Origin: Nanobdellota archaeon
Lineage (GTDB): Archaea > Nanobdellota > Nanobdellia > Pacearchaeales > GW2011-AR1
Length of the DNA: 12,724 nucleotides
Assembly: GCA_038045165.1 (NCBI GenBank)
Contig: JBBSYR010000093.1
Span: 1 to 12,724, forward strand
Reading direction: 5' to 3'
The position numbers and the translations under genes were made by a program. The notes below the pieces were generated by a model that made no database searches, was not told the origin of the DNA, and saw nothing but the letters and a program-made list of their open reading frames with translations. Of this stretch, positions 1 through 6,570 are shown piece after piece; position 1 is the stretch's first letter; every line of letters starts with the position of its first letter.

Positions 1-3
1 AGT

Positions 4-19
4 AATGCAGTTATCCATA
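4..19. repeat. 16-nt motif AATGCAGTTATCCATA (core GCAGTTATCCAT), identical to 808-823; any inverted partner would lie outside the window
   Basis: Exact 16/16 match between 4-19 and 808-823, read directly. It has the same orientation as the right half-site of the 776-822 palindrome. It lies 37 nt beyond the stop of the minus-strand ORF 56-586. Confidence 0.7.
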
Positions 20-55
20 ACTCAAAAATTGGAGGGTTATTCAAAGCTCTCTATA

Positions 56-586
56 CTAATTTTCAAGTCTAACCACATCAATCTCAGCATTTTTAAAATA
101 TGGAATCTGATATTCTTCTAACGCTTTTCTTTGTATCACTTCTCCATCTCCGTCATCTAAAGACTCATATTCAACACCGCAATATCCTTCTGATGAATCA
201 GGAGTTAGTGTAAATATTCTTTTTATTCTATTTGCTTTTAACATCTTTATTGCACCTTCTTCCCTAGGAACCCCATCAGAATCAACTCCCAATCTTCTTA
301 TTAGTTCGGCATCTATTTTTTGATAGAGTTCAATACCTTCAGAATTTTCATAATGTTCTTCTGCCCAAGAATCATAGACGTAAAACGCAAACCATTTTCC
401 TCTGGTGGCAAGATTCTGTGCATTTCTAAGAAGTTTTATGTCTATCTCTAACTTGCCCTCTAAATCAGGACTCAAGATATTTCTGCCTTTTACAAACTTA
501 AGAAAACTAACTCCTACATTATACATCTCCGAATTGCCTGCTAAAAGTTTGGCTAATTTTTCAGGAGTGCACTTAAAGATTCCCAT
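56..586 (-). CDS. Hypothetical protein, 176 aa, no family recognised
   Basis: Long uninterrupted ORF with a balanced, acidic, soluble-looking composition. The overlapping plus-strand ORF 405-671 is low-complexity and looks spurious. No motif I can name. Confidence 0.6.
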   Translation of the reverse strand: MGIFKCTPEKLAKLLAGNSEMYNVGVSFLKFVKGRNILSPDLEGKLEIDIKLLRNAQNLATRGKWFAFYVYDSWAEEHYENSEGIELYQKIDAELIRRLGVDSDGVPREEGAIKMLKANRIKRIFTLTPDSSEGYCGVEYESLDDGDGEVIQRKALEEYQIPYFKNAEIDVVRLEN

Positions 587-732
587 AAAAATAGGTTATA
601 ACTCGCATATTAAAATATTATTGTGGTGCAGAGAATTCATTCAAAACTTTATGTATCGAGCAATACTTTAAATTAATCAGCATCTTATAGCATACACTCT
701 ATCTCAACAATCTTTTTAATACAAGAGATATA

Positions 733-773
733 GATAACTGCGTAGGTTAGATTACATTTTATACGCAGTTCTC
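733..773. repeat. Imperfect palindrome GATAACTGCGTA-N17-TACGCAGTTCTC (half-sites GATAACTGC / GCAGTTCTC, 23 nt apart)
   Basis: 736-744 AACTGCGTA is the exact reverse complement of 762-770 TACGCAGTT. The outer positions 733-734 and 772-773 also pair, with one mismatch (735 against 771). Confidence 0.75.
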
Positions 774-775
774 TA

Positions 776-822
776 ATGGATAACTGCCAAAATCTAGTCA
801 CTTAAACAATGCAGTTATCCAT
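776..822. repeat. Perfect 12-bp palindrome ATGGATAACTGC-N23-GCAGTTATCCAT, ending 13 nt before the ATG at 835
   Basis: 776-787 is the exact reverse complement of 811-822. The core half-site spacing (788-810, 23 nt) equals that of the 733-773 element (742-764). The two elements are offset by 46 nt. Confidence 0.8.
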
Positions 823-834
823 ATTATAATTCTT

Positions 835-1125
835 ATGAATGGGTATCAACTTCAAATTCAAAGAACAAGCGCTGGAAGATATCTAGTTGTTACCAGAGGG
901 GGGAGAGCAGCGAAAAGTTTTCCAGATAGAACAGAAGTTGTTGAATATCTTGAAAAATTAGATCCTAAACTCCTGGAAAATCTAAGTTATAGCTTTGTGT
1001 CTTTTCAGGGCTTTCAAGAACATGAAGAAGCAAGAAGAGATATTCACGATTCATTTAGAAGGCTGTGCAAAACACCGCAAGATAGAAATAAAATTGAGAT
1101 TAAATCATCACAGCAAGCGAAATAG
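835..1125 (+). CDS. Hypothetical small protein, 96 aa
   Basis: ORF in the intergenic gap directly downstream of the palindrome array. Its 3' end overlaps the convergent EamA gene by 26 nt. No family recognised. Confidence 0.45.
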   Translation: MNGYQLQIQRTSAGRYLVVTRGGRAAKSFPDRTEVVEYLEKLDPKLLENLSYSFVSFQGFQEHEEARRDIHDSFRRLCKTPQDRNKIEIKSSQQAK

Positions 1126-1972
1126 CTGCAATAATTGCCAATATTAATCCTATCTTCTGATGAATTCTTAATTTTTCTTTTGCAACAAACATGCCCAAGA
1201 GAACGCAAATAATAATATAACTTTCAGAAATTGCTACTGCGATAGAAATTGGTGCTAATACCATTGAAAAACCAAAAGCAACCCAAGCAGCATTATCTAA
1301 AACGCACATGCTTCCAAGAAGTTTTTTGTTTTTAGAGATATCCAATTCCATTCGGTGAATTCTTTTTGTCGCAAAAATATAAATGAAAGATACTAAAGCT
1401 ATGAATGTGTCTACAAACCATTTTGTTGCCAACGCCCCTGTTTCACGAGAGCCCCAGCCTACGAAAAAATTAGCCGCACCCATCATAAGTGCAGCCGCAA
1501 GAGCCAGAAATGCTGCCTTTTCCAGCCAAATGTGCTTTGAAAGATGATAAGACCTTAAAGAAACTAAAATAAGCCCAAAAATAAGTGCGACTATTAATAT
1601 AATTTGTGTAAGCGAAACATTTTCTTTTATAATAAGAAAAGCAAGAAGCGCAGAAGCAGGAATTTCCATTGACCAAATCGGCTCAACAACAGAAATTTTG
1701 CCCTTTTTAAGAGATTCAAACTCAAATAAGGCTGCAAAAAGCAAAATAACTGATGCTGTTATAAGAAGCAGAAACTTCGAGTTGTGAAATGAGAAAATTG
1801 AAGGAATCTCTTTGTATACAAAAGGAAATAAAACAATTGAGCCAAAAATAGTAATAATAAACAGCGTCTCCCAATCTCCAAATTTTCTTGTAGATTTTTG
1901 TATTAAGAAATCTCCAAATCCCCAGCAAAGCATTGCCGCAAATGCTAAAATAATTCCCAGTTCTATGCTCAT
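1100..1972 (-). CDS. EamA/DMT-superfamily permease (about 10 predicted TM helices)
   Basis: 290 aa, hydrophobic throughout, with a two-halves pattern. The N-terminus ILAFAAMLCWGFGDFLIQK is typical of EamA (DUF6) domains. The internal out-of-frame ORFs 1470-1676 and 1722-1928 are rejected. Confidence 0.85.
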   Translation of the reverse strand: MSIELGIILAFAAMLCWGFGDFLIQKSTRKFGDWETLFIITIFGSIVLFPFVYKEIPSIFSFHNSKFLLLITASVILLFAALFEFESLKKGKISVVEPIWSMEIPASALLAFLIIKENVSLTQIILIVALIFGLILVSLRSYHLSKHIWLEKAAFLALAAALMMGAANFFVGWGSRETGALATKWFVDTFIALVSFIYIFATKRIHRMELDISKNKKLLGSMCVLDNAAWVAFGFSMVLAPISIAVAISESYIIICVLLGMFVAKEKLRIHQKIGLILAIIAAISLAVMI

Positions 1973-1986
1973 TTTTTAATTTCTTG

Positions 1987-2023
1987 ACCTTTAAATGATT
2001 AATAATCTAAGGAATTTAAAGGT
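1987..2023. repeat. Perfect 10-bp inverted repeat ACCTTTAAAT-N17-ATTTAAAGGT in the divergent EamA / HD-gene intergenic region
   Basis: 1987-1996 is the exact reverse complement of 2014-2023. It lies 15 nt from the EamA start codon, so it may be an operator or a hairpin. Confidence 0.5.
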
Positions 2024-2083
2024 TACTTATTCTGCAAGATGACTTATGAGGTCAATTGCTATATCAAATGCAGCTATTCATAT

Positions 2084-2720
2084 ATGCTCTCTGCAATCTT
2101 TTGCGAGTTTAGTTACACTTTTGGCAAAGAAGTCCTAAGAGAAAGTATACAGGAATTTTAAAGTAAGTCGGGCTTTTGGAGACTTATTTTTTAGGTATGC
2201 TGACACCAAAAGATTTTATCATACTCCAAAACATCTTTTAGATTGTTTAAAAGAATTTAAGGGTACTGAAAAATTAGCAAAATCTCCTTTAGTAATCGCT
2301 TCAGCATTATGGTTTCATGATGTAGTTTATGATACGAAAGCAAAGGATAATGAACTGAGAAGTGCAGATTATATGAAAAGAGTTCTTTCAAATCTAGGAG
2401 TTTCATCTCAATTAATAAATTTGACTAATAGAATAATTTTAGTAACAGACCATAAAACTCCTATTGAGAGCGCGGATGAAGCCTTAGCAGTAGATGTTGA
2501 TTTATCAATATTTGGAAAACCAGATGAAGTTTTTAATGATTATGATCAAAACATTAGAAAGGAATATCTTTGGGTTCCAGAAGATCAATATAAAACGGGA
2601 AGAAAACAAGTTTTAAGAAGTTTTTTGGATAGGTCACAGATTTATCAAACGGAACAATTTAGGCAAAAATATGAAGAAAGAGCAAGAACTAATTTAGAAA
2701 GAGCAATTAGGAATCTTTGA
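2084..2720 (+). pseudogene. COG4339-like HD-domain metal-dependent phosphohydrolase, with its reading frame broken near the 5' end
   Basis: The tracked ORF 2373-2720 is only the C-terminal part. The same frame stays open back to 2139 and encodes ...AFGDLFFRYADTKRFYHTPKHLLDCL...ALWFHDVVYDTKAKDNELRSADYM, the R-x-YHT and WFHD-x-x-YD signatures of this family. It has no ATG, GTG or TTG there. TAA at 2136-2138 closes the frame. ATG 2084 in the +2 frame runs to TAA 2159-2161, and ATG 2046 is in frame but stops at 2136. Confidence 0.6.
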
Positions 2721-2814
2721 TGGATGGTTTAAGCATTATTGAAAGGTAGTCTTAAAATTTCTATTAAGGGGCACCTAATTTTCTAAAAAGAGGATAATAA
2801 TGAAGCTCTTTTTT

Positions 2815-2911
2815 AATTATATTCAAGGACTTAATCAATTGAGCAGTTTGGTCCTTGAATATCAAGGGAAAAACATACAATTTTGCTCAATTATTTATGT
2901 TTTTCACTATA
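2815..2911 (-). mobile_element. Copy A of a roughly 96-nt MITE-like structured repeat (intergenic, inverted relative to copy B)
   Basis: The reverse complement of 2865-2911 is identical over 47 nt to 7158-7204. The rest aligns with 11 substitutions and 1 indel. Internal inverted repeats are 2821-2830 with 2851-2860 (10 bp, perfect) and 2837-2845 with 2884-2892 (9 bp). Confidence 0.75.
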
Positions 2912-3030
2912 GACAGAATTTTAATTCTTTCTTTATTCTAAAAATAGATTTCTATACCCATAGTTAAAAAGAAGAAAGAAACTATAAAAAATTATGCTGG
3001 AACATTAACTATGGTCGTCTTGTATGAAAT

Positions 3031-3354
3031 TCAAAATCCAAATAATCTGTTGTAATCTTTATGATTCATCCAATCTAAAATTGCAGCAATAATTTCGATT
3101 TCACCGCCCGAAGTTACTGAATACAAAAGTCTCCAACCGCTCGGCAAATCATAAATCCAAAGATTTGTGAGCTCATATTTATCAATCAGTTTTCTAGGAA
3201 TCAGCTCTTTCTTGACGTTTCTTCCGCAGGAAAAGTTTTCTTGAATTGCGCTGATTGCCTGAATAATGCCGCGCTTGATAGGATCGTTATCTGAAAGTTC
3301 GTTGAAACTTATTTCAAGTTCTTTATCAACAAAGACAATTTTGTTCGGTTTCAT
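3031..3354 (-). CDS. RelE/ParE-superfamily-like toxin, 107 aa (putative)
   Basis: The C-terminal pattern NLWIYDLPSGWRLLYSV....IEIIAAILDWMNHKDYNRLFG resembles the (G)xRxxY....I.I..I..H(K/R)..Y core of RelE/ParE toxins. Small size. A 4-nt ATGA overlap (3351-3354) couples it to the upstream small ORF. Confidence 0.5.
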   Translation of the reverse strand: MKPNKIVFVDKELEISFNELSDNDPIKRGIIQAISAIQENFSCGRNVKKELIPRKLIDKYELTNLWIYDLPSGWRLLYSVTSGGEIEIIAAILDWMNHKDYNRLFGF

Positions 3355-3641
3355 ATTTTAATTGCAGGTCTGTTCTTTACCTTTTCAAAAAACGCAGGAT
3401 TCCAGATATAAACAACATAACTCTCTGTGTCGTATGCAACTTTATGAATACTTTCAAGGTATTCCATAATGACCTGAAATGTCTGCCACATAACTTTTCG
3501 CGGCAGGCTGTTGAATAACTCTGTTTTCTTGTATGCACCGCTATGTTGTTTAATATAATTCTCAACCATAAGCACGGTTTGTAAAGTTGGAGAGCGCGCA
3601 AAGGGAGATTGTTGTTCAGTTGTGGATTCCATACTTATCAT
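3351..3641 (-). CDS. Putative antitoxin or small DNA-binding partner, 96 aa, family not recognised
   Basis: Translationally coupled and upstream of the toxin-like ORF, which is the classical type II order. The middle region (TLQTVLMVENYIKQHSGAYKKTELFNSL) could be a winged-helix. An alternative start is Met4 (ATG 3632-3630), which would fit a leaderless mRNA. Confidence 0.45.
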   Translation of the reverse strand: MISMESTTEQQSPFARSPTLQTVLMVENYIKQHSGAYKKTELFNSLPRKVMWQTFQVIMEYLESIHKVAYDTESYVVYIWNPAFFEKVKNRPAIKI

Positions 3642-3648
3642 ATCAGTT

Positions 3649-3676
3649 GATATTATTTAAACCTTTCTATCGATAG
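3649..3676 (-). promoter_or_regulatory. TATA-like box (TTTAAATAATATC on the minus strand) plus perfect 10-bp palindrome CTATCGATAG (3667-3676), upstream of the toxin-antitoxin-like pair
   Basis: The AT-rich TATA-like element lies 10-25 nt upstream of the two candidate ATGs. The palindrome sits immediately upstream, where an autoregulatory operator would be expected. Confidence 0.3.
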
Positions 3677-3757
3677 GACTAAGAGTTCTTTGAAAGTTTA
3701 TGGAAAACGGCAGTCACTTAGGTTTAAAACCAGAAATTTGTTGCAACTGACAATATT

Positions 3758-4570
3758 TTATTTAACCTTTCCAAAATTATACCTAAATACTAATGTGCCG
3801 CTTATTCCTTCAGGCATATTGCAAGAAGCAATATCATTATCTGCCCATCCTTCTATATGCCATCTTTTAGTATTGACTGGAGTAAAACGCACGCCTGTTC
3901 TTAGAGAGACTCGATAATTTCCGTCGTTGTTCCCTCCTAACTGATAATTTACGATTGGACCTGCAAATGCCCTTAAAGATGAAGAGCTGGTTGGTTTTGC
4001 TCCAAGAACAGCTCCAGTAAACACATTGTCTGAGCGGTGATTTCTGTCTTTCCCTGCAAATGTAAAAACACCTGCAGCATCAACATTAAATTGTTTATCA
4101 GGCGTTAAATAAGTAAAGCCCGCATTAAGCATATAATCTATGCTCCCTGATCCAAGGGAAGGTTTTGCGTCTGCATCTCCGGTTGGCAGGCGAACCCCTC
4201 CCGCAATACTATAATGAAGGCTGCCAAAAGAATATCTATGAACAAATCTCGGACCAAGTAATAAACTGATATCTCCTATTCCTTCACTTTGTGCTGCTCC
4301 GCTCTCTGCATACTTATAGGGAATAGACGCTCCTGCAAAAATCCATGAAGGATTTTTTGGCCACCATTTGAGAATAGAATTGTTTTCTAAAGAATAATTG
4401 TTTAATTTTCCTGATTCGCGCTCTGATAGGGTTAATCTGTTATCCAACTGAAAATCTGTTGGACCTTCTGCACCGCGGAAAGGATGCTCTGCACGAAGAG
4501 AAGTTAGATTGCTTGCTATCCCAAGCAATCCAATTAATGCACAATTTCGCAAACGGCGTTTTAATTTCAT
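3758..4570 (-). CDS. Outer-membrane beta-barrel protein of the MetA-pathway/phenol-degradation transporter type (COG4313 / PF13557-like), with signal peptide
   Basis: N-terminal signal-like MKLKRRLRNCALIGLLGIASNLTSLRA. Alternating beta-strand pattern with Gly/Tyr-rich turns. Motifs GIGDISLLLGPRF and RLPTGDADAKPSLGSGS are typical of this family. Aromatic-rich C-terminus LVFRYNF. AGGAG lies 5 nt upstream of the ATG. GC is visibly higher than in neighbouring genes. Confidence 0.65.
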   Translation of the reverse strand: MKLKRRLRNCALIGLLGIASNLTSLRAEHPFRGAEGPTDFQLDNRLTLSERESGKLNNYSLENNSILKWWPKNPSWIFAGASIPYKYAESGAAQSEGIGDISLLLGPRFVHRYSFGSLHYSIAGGVRLPTGDADAKPSLGSGSIDYMLNAGFTYLTPDKQFNVDAAGVFTFAGKDRNHRSDNVFTGAVLGAKPTSSSSLRAFAGPIVNYQLGGNNDGNYRVSLRTGVRFTPVNTKRWHIEGWADNDIASCNMPEGISGTLVFRYNFGKVK

Positions 4571-4614
4571 GTTACTCCTACTTAGTTTAATCAGATTAAA
4601 TGCTATTTAATTCT

Positions 4615-4646
4615 ATGTGGTATTGATAAAACACCACATTTATATA
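4615..4646 (+). promoter_or_regulatory. Inverted repeat ATGTGGT-N11-ACCACAT abutting the TATA box TTTATATA, upstream of the TrmB-like gene
   Basis: 4615-4621 is the reverse complement of 4633-4639. TTTATATA at 4639-4646 ends 22 nt before ATG 4668, which is archaeal leaderless-type promoter geometry. Confidence 0.45.
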
Positions 4647-4667
4647 GTGATAATTATTTAGAGAATA

Positions 4668-5411
4668 ATGCAGCTTGATGTATTACGGAAGGTCGGGCTT
4701 TCTGAAGGAGAAATAAAAGTCTACTTAGTATTGCTTACTTTTGGAAGCGCGCATCTCAACAAAATTCATGAAAAAACAGGCATTGAAAGAAGAAATATCT
4801 ATGACATTTTAAATAAGCTTATTGAAAGAGGTTTAGTAAGTTATATGGATGAAAACAAACGGCGCTCATTTACAGCTGTCCATCCAAAAAAGTTAATTAG
4901 TTATCTTGAAGAAAAACAGGAAAATCTTCTGTCTATTAAGCAGGAAGTGAATAAGATGCTGCCCGCTATTATAAAAGTATTTGAATCAAAAAAATCGCTG
5001 ATTGGCGCAGAAATATATAGAGGAGAAGAAGGCATTAAAGCAGTATGGGAAGACAGCCTGAATTATAAAGAAACTTATTGGATAGGCTCCGGCAGATATG
5101 TCCCTAAAAAATTTCCATTATTCTTTTCACATTGGAATAAAAGAAGAGTTCAGAAAAAACATCATTGGTGGAATCTTATAAGGGGCGAAATCAGGAAAGA
5201 ATTATATAAACCTTTATTATTTGAGAATCATAAATTTTTACCTCGAGAATTTAGCGGCAACCCTACGGTTATTTGCATCTATGGAAACAAAGTGGTTAAT
5301 TTCTTGTATGGAGAATCATTGTTTGCCTTTGTAATAGAAAGTAAGGAGCTGGCGGATAACTATCGCACTTATCATAAATATCTCTGGGATAATGTTGCAA
5401 AACCTAAATGA
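4668..5411 (+). CDS. TrmB-family transcriptional regulator
   Basis: The N-terminus LRKVGLSEGEIKVYLVLLTFGSAHLNKIHEKTGIERRNIYDILNKLIERGLVSY is the canonical TrmB winged-HTH. It is followed by a coiled linker and a C-terminal domain. 247 aa. Confidence 0.85.
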   Translation: MQLDVLRKVGLSEGEIKVYLVLLTFGSAHLNKIHEKTGIERRNIYDILNKLIERGLVSYMDENKRRSFTAVHPKKLISYLEEKQENLLSIKQEVNKMLPAIIKVFESKKSLIGAEIYRGEEGIKAVWEDSLNYKETYWIGSGRYVPKKFPLFFSHWNKRRVQKKHHWWNLIRGEIRKELYKPLLFENHKFLPREFSGNPTVICIYGNKVVNFLYGESLFAFVIESKELADNYRTYHKYLWDNVAKPK

Positions 5412-5462
5412 TTAAAATCCCTTTTAAGCTAATAGAAAAGATGGGTGATTCAAAAAGTTGTT

Positions 5463-6434
5463 TTATTGCGGGTTGTTCTCTAAATATTCCTCTGCCACTA
5501 TTTTACCTTCCAGTTCAGGAAATTGGTCAACAATATAAATATCAGTAAGAATTGTCTTAGGAGAAGGAAGCGAACATAAAAGTTCATCAAGAGTTTGCCT
5601 TCTTTCTGTTTCTCCAAACCTATCTACTCTATGCTTCATTACTTCTTGCAATACATCAGCAGGAATCTCTGCCAAACCCTGTGCTCTTGAGCCTGCTTCA
5701 AGCATTTCTCGCATTCTTTCAACCCAATGAGGAGTTTCAATCTCATCTTGTAGACTAACCTCATATAAATAAGGCGGAAAAGTTTTAGGTGCGTGATAGA
5801 TTAATGGAAATCCAGCAGATACTCTATTCGCCTCAAATCTCTTTTGGTATATTCCTTGAAGTTTTTCAATATCTTTCCATGTGGGAAAGTGGGTCATTGT
5901 TTCTTGAAAATCTTCTCTCCATTCTCTCGTTTCTGGCAATTTGCCTTCTGAGGCCTTAAAAACCCTTAACATAAAATCAGCAATTTGCTGCATGTCAGGA
6001 ATAATTGGTGCTAAGATAATCTTAGCCTTTTCATCATTACTAAGTCTTTCATCTAATCCTAATGCAGGATTTCCGGCAAGAGCCATTAACATTCTATTTC
6101 CATATTCTTTCATTAAAGGGTCTTGAGTTAAATCTTCGTCTCGCAAACTTAACATTTTATTTATAACTTCTAAGGGCAAATATCTAGTTTTTGGATTAAT
6201 TCCATACACCTCTGGCAATTCTTCCCATTCTTTCTTGAATTTTCTTTTAAAAATATAATCAAACGTAATAACTCCAACCTTTTTTGGTAAGACAACCTTT
6301 TCAGAAAGACCTTTGTATTTAAGACGAATATCTTTAACAGACTTATCATCAGAATTATGTTCGCATCCTATTTGATAATCTTGCAATCTGAAACCTTCAG
6401 TTTCAGGCACGTAAATTATTCTTACTTGTTCCAT
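5463..6434 (-). CDS. Hypothetical protein, 323 aa, no family recognised
   Basis: Long clean ORF encoding a charged, soluble, helix-rich protein. It runs in the same direction as the tRNA and starts 137 nt downstream of it. The antisense ORF 5941-6126 is rejected. Confidence 0.7.
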   Translation of the reverse strand: MEQVRIIYVPETEGFRLQDYQIGCEHNSDDKSVKDIRLKYKGLSEKVVLPKKVGVITFDYIFKRKFKKEWEELPEVYGINPKTRYLPLEVINKMLSLRDEDLTQDPLMKEYGNRMLMALAGNPALGLDERLSNDEKAKIILAPIIPDMQQIADFMLRVFKASEGKLPETREWREDFQETMTHFPTWKDIEKLQGIYQKRFEANRVSAGFPLIYHAPKTFPPYLYEVSLQDEIETPHWVERMREMLEAGSRAQGLAEIPADVLQEVMKHRVDRFGETERRQTLDELLCSLPSPKTILTDIYIVDQFPELEGKIVAEEYLENNPQ

Positions 6435-6570
6435 ATTATCTTCCCAGAATTAGGCATCCGAGGTTGCCATCGCCTCAAAGAAATCAGCGAGAATCTCGGT
6501 TTTAAACATTTCGATTGAAATAAGCAGGATATAGAGTGATGGATAGCCACAACCATATTTTGATTATGAA

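Noticed and set aside
405-671. 88-aa plus-strand ORF
   Set aside because: It lies almost wholly antisense to the better 176-aa ORF 56-586. The product is a low-complexity Leu/Ser/Phe-rich peptide, as expected for antisense reading of an AT-rich gene.
1470-1928. Two 68-aa minus-strand ORFs (1470-1676 and 1722-1928)
   Set aside because: They are alternative frames inside the EamA transporter gene, whose own frame gives a coherent 10-TM protein.
1981-2066. Possible degenerate third copy of the 96-nt repeat (TTGACCTTT... and GAGGTCAATTGCTATAT resemble its hairpin-2 arms)
   Set aside because: The similar segments are short and are spaced about 55 nt apart, against about 17 nt in the element. The alignment is not colinear, so I cannot tell it from chance in AT-rich DNA.
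2136-2138. Stop-codon reassignment (TAA read as sense) as the explanation for the in-frame TAA in the HD gene
   Set aside because: TAA clearly ends other well-supported genes here (9465-9467, 10967-10969, 12722-12724), while TGA and TAG end others. The standard code fits, so a mutation or sequencing error is more parsimonious.
2800-2967. 55-codon ORF preceded by GAGG (MKLFFNYIQGLNQ...)
   Set aside because: Most of it is read across repeat copy A, and its composition is dominated by Phe, Ile, Asn and Tyr. It is probably a chance ORF created by the element.
3377-3917. ORFs 3377-3601 (minus strand) and 3690-3917 (plus strand)
   Set aside because: The first is an alternative frame within the 96-aa antitoxin-like gene. 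The second is antisense to the 3' end of the beta-barrel gene. Neither has a recognisable motif.
5941-6126. 61-aa plus-strand ORF
   Set aside because: It is antisense within the 323-aa ORF.
3031-6570. Integrated element inserted at the tRNA-Met 3' end (attL/attR)
   Set aside because: I saw no integrase gene in the window and no direct repeat of the tRNA 3' segment (for example GGGATTTGAACC or its complement). The accessory flavour of the block is noted in the findings, but I make no island call.
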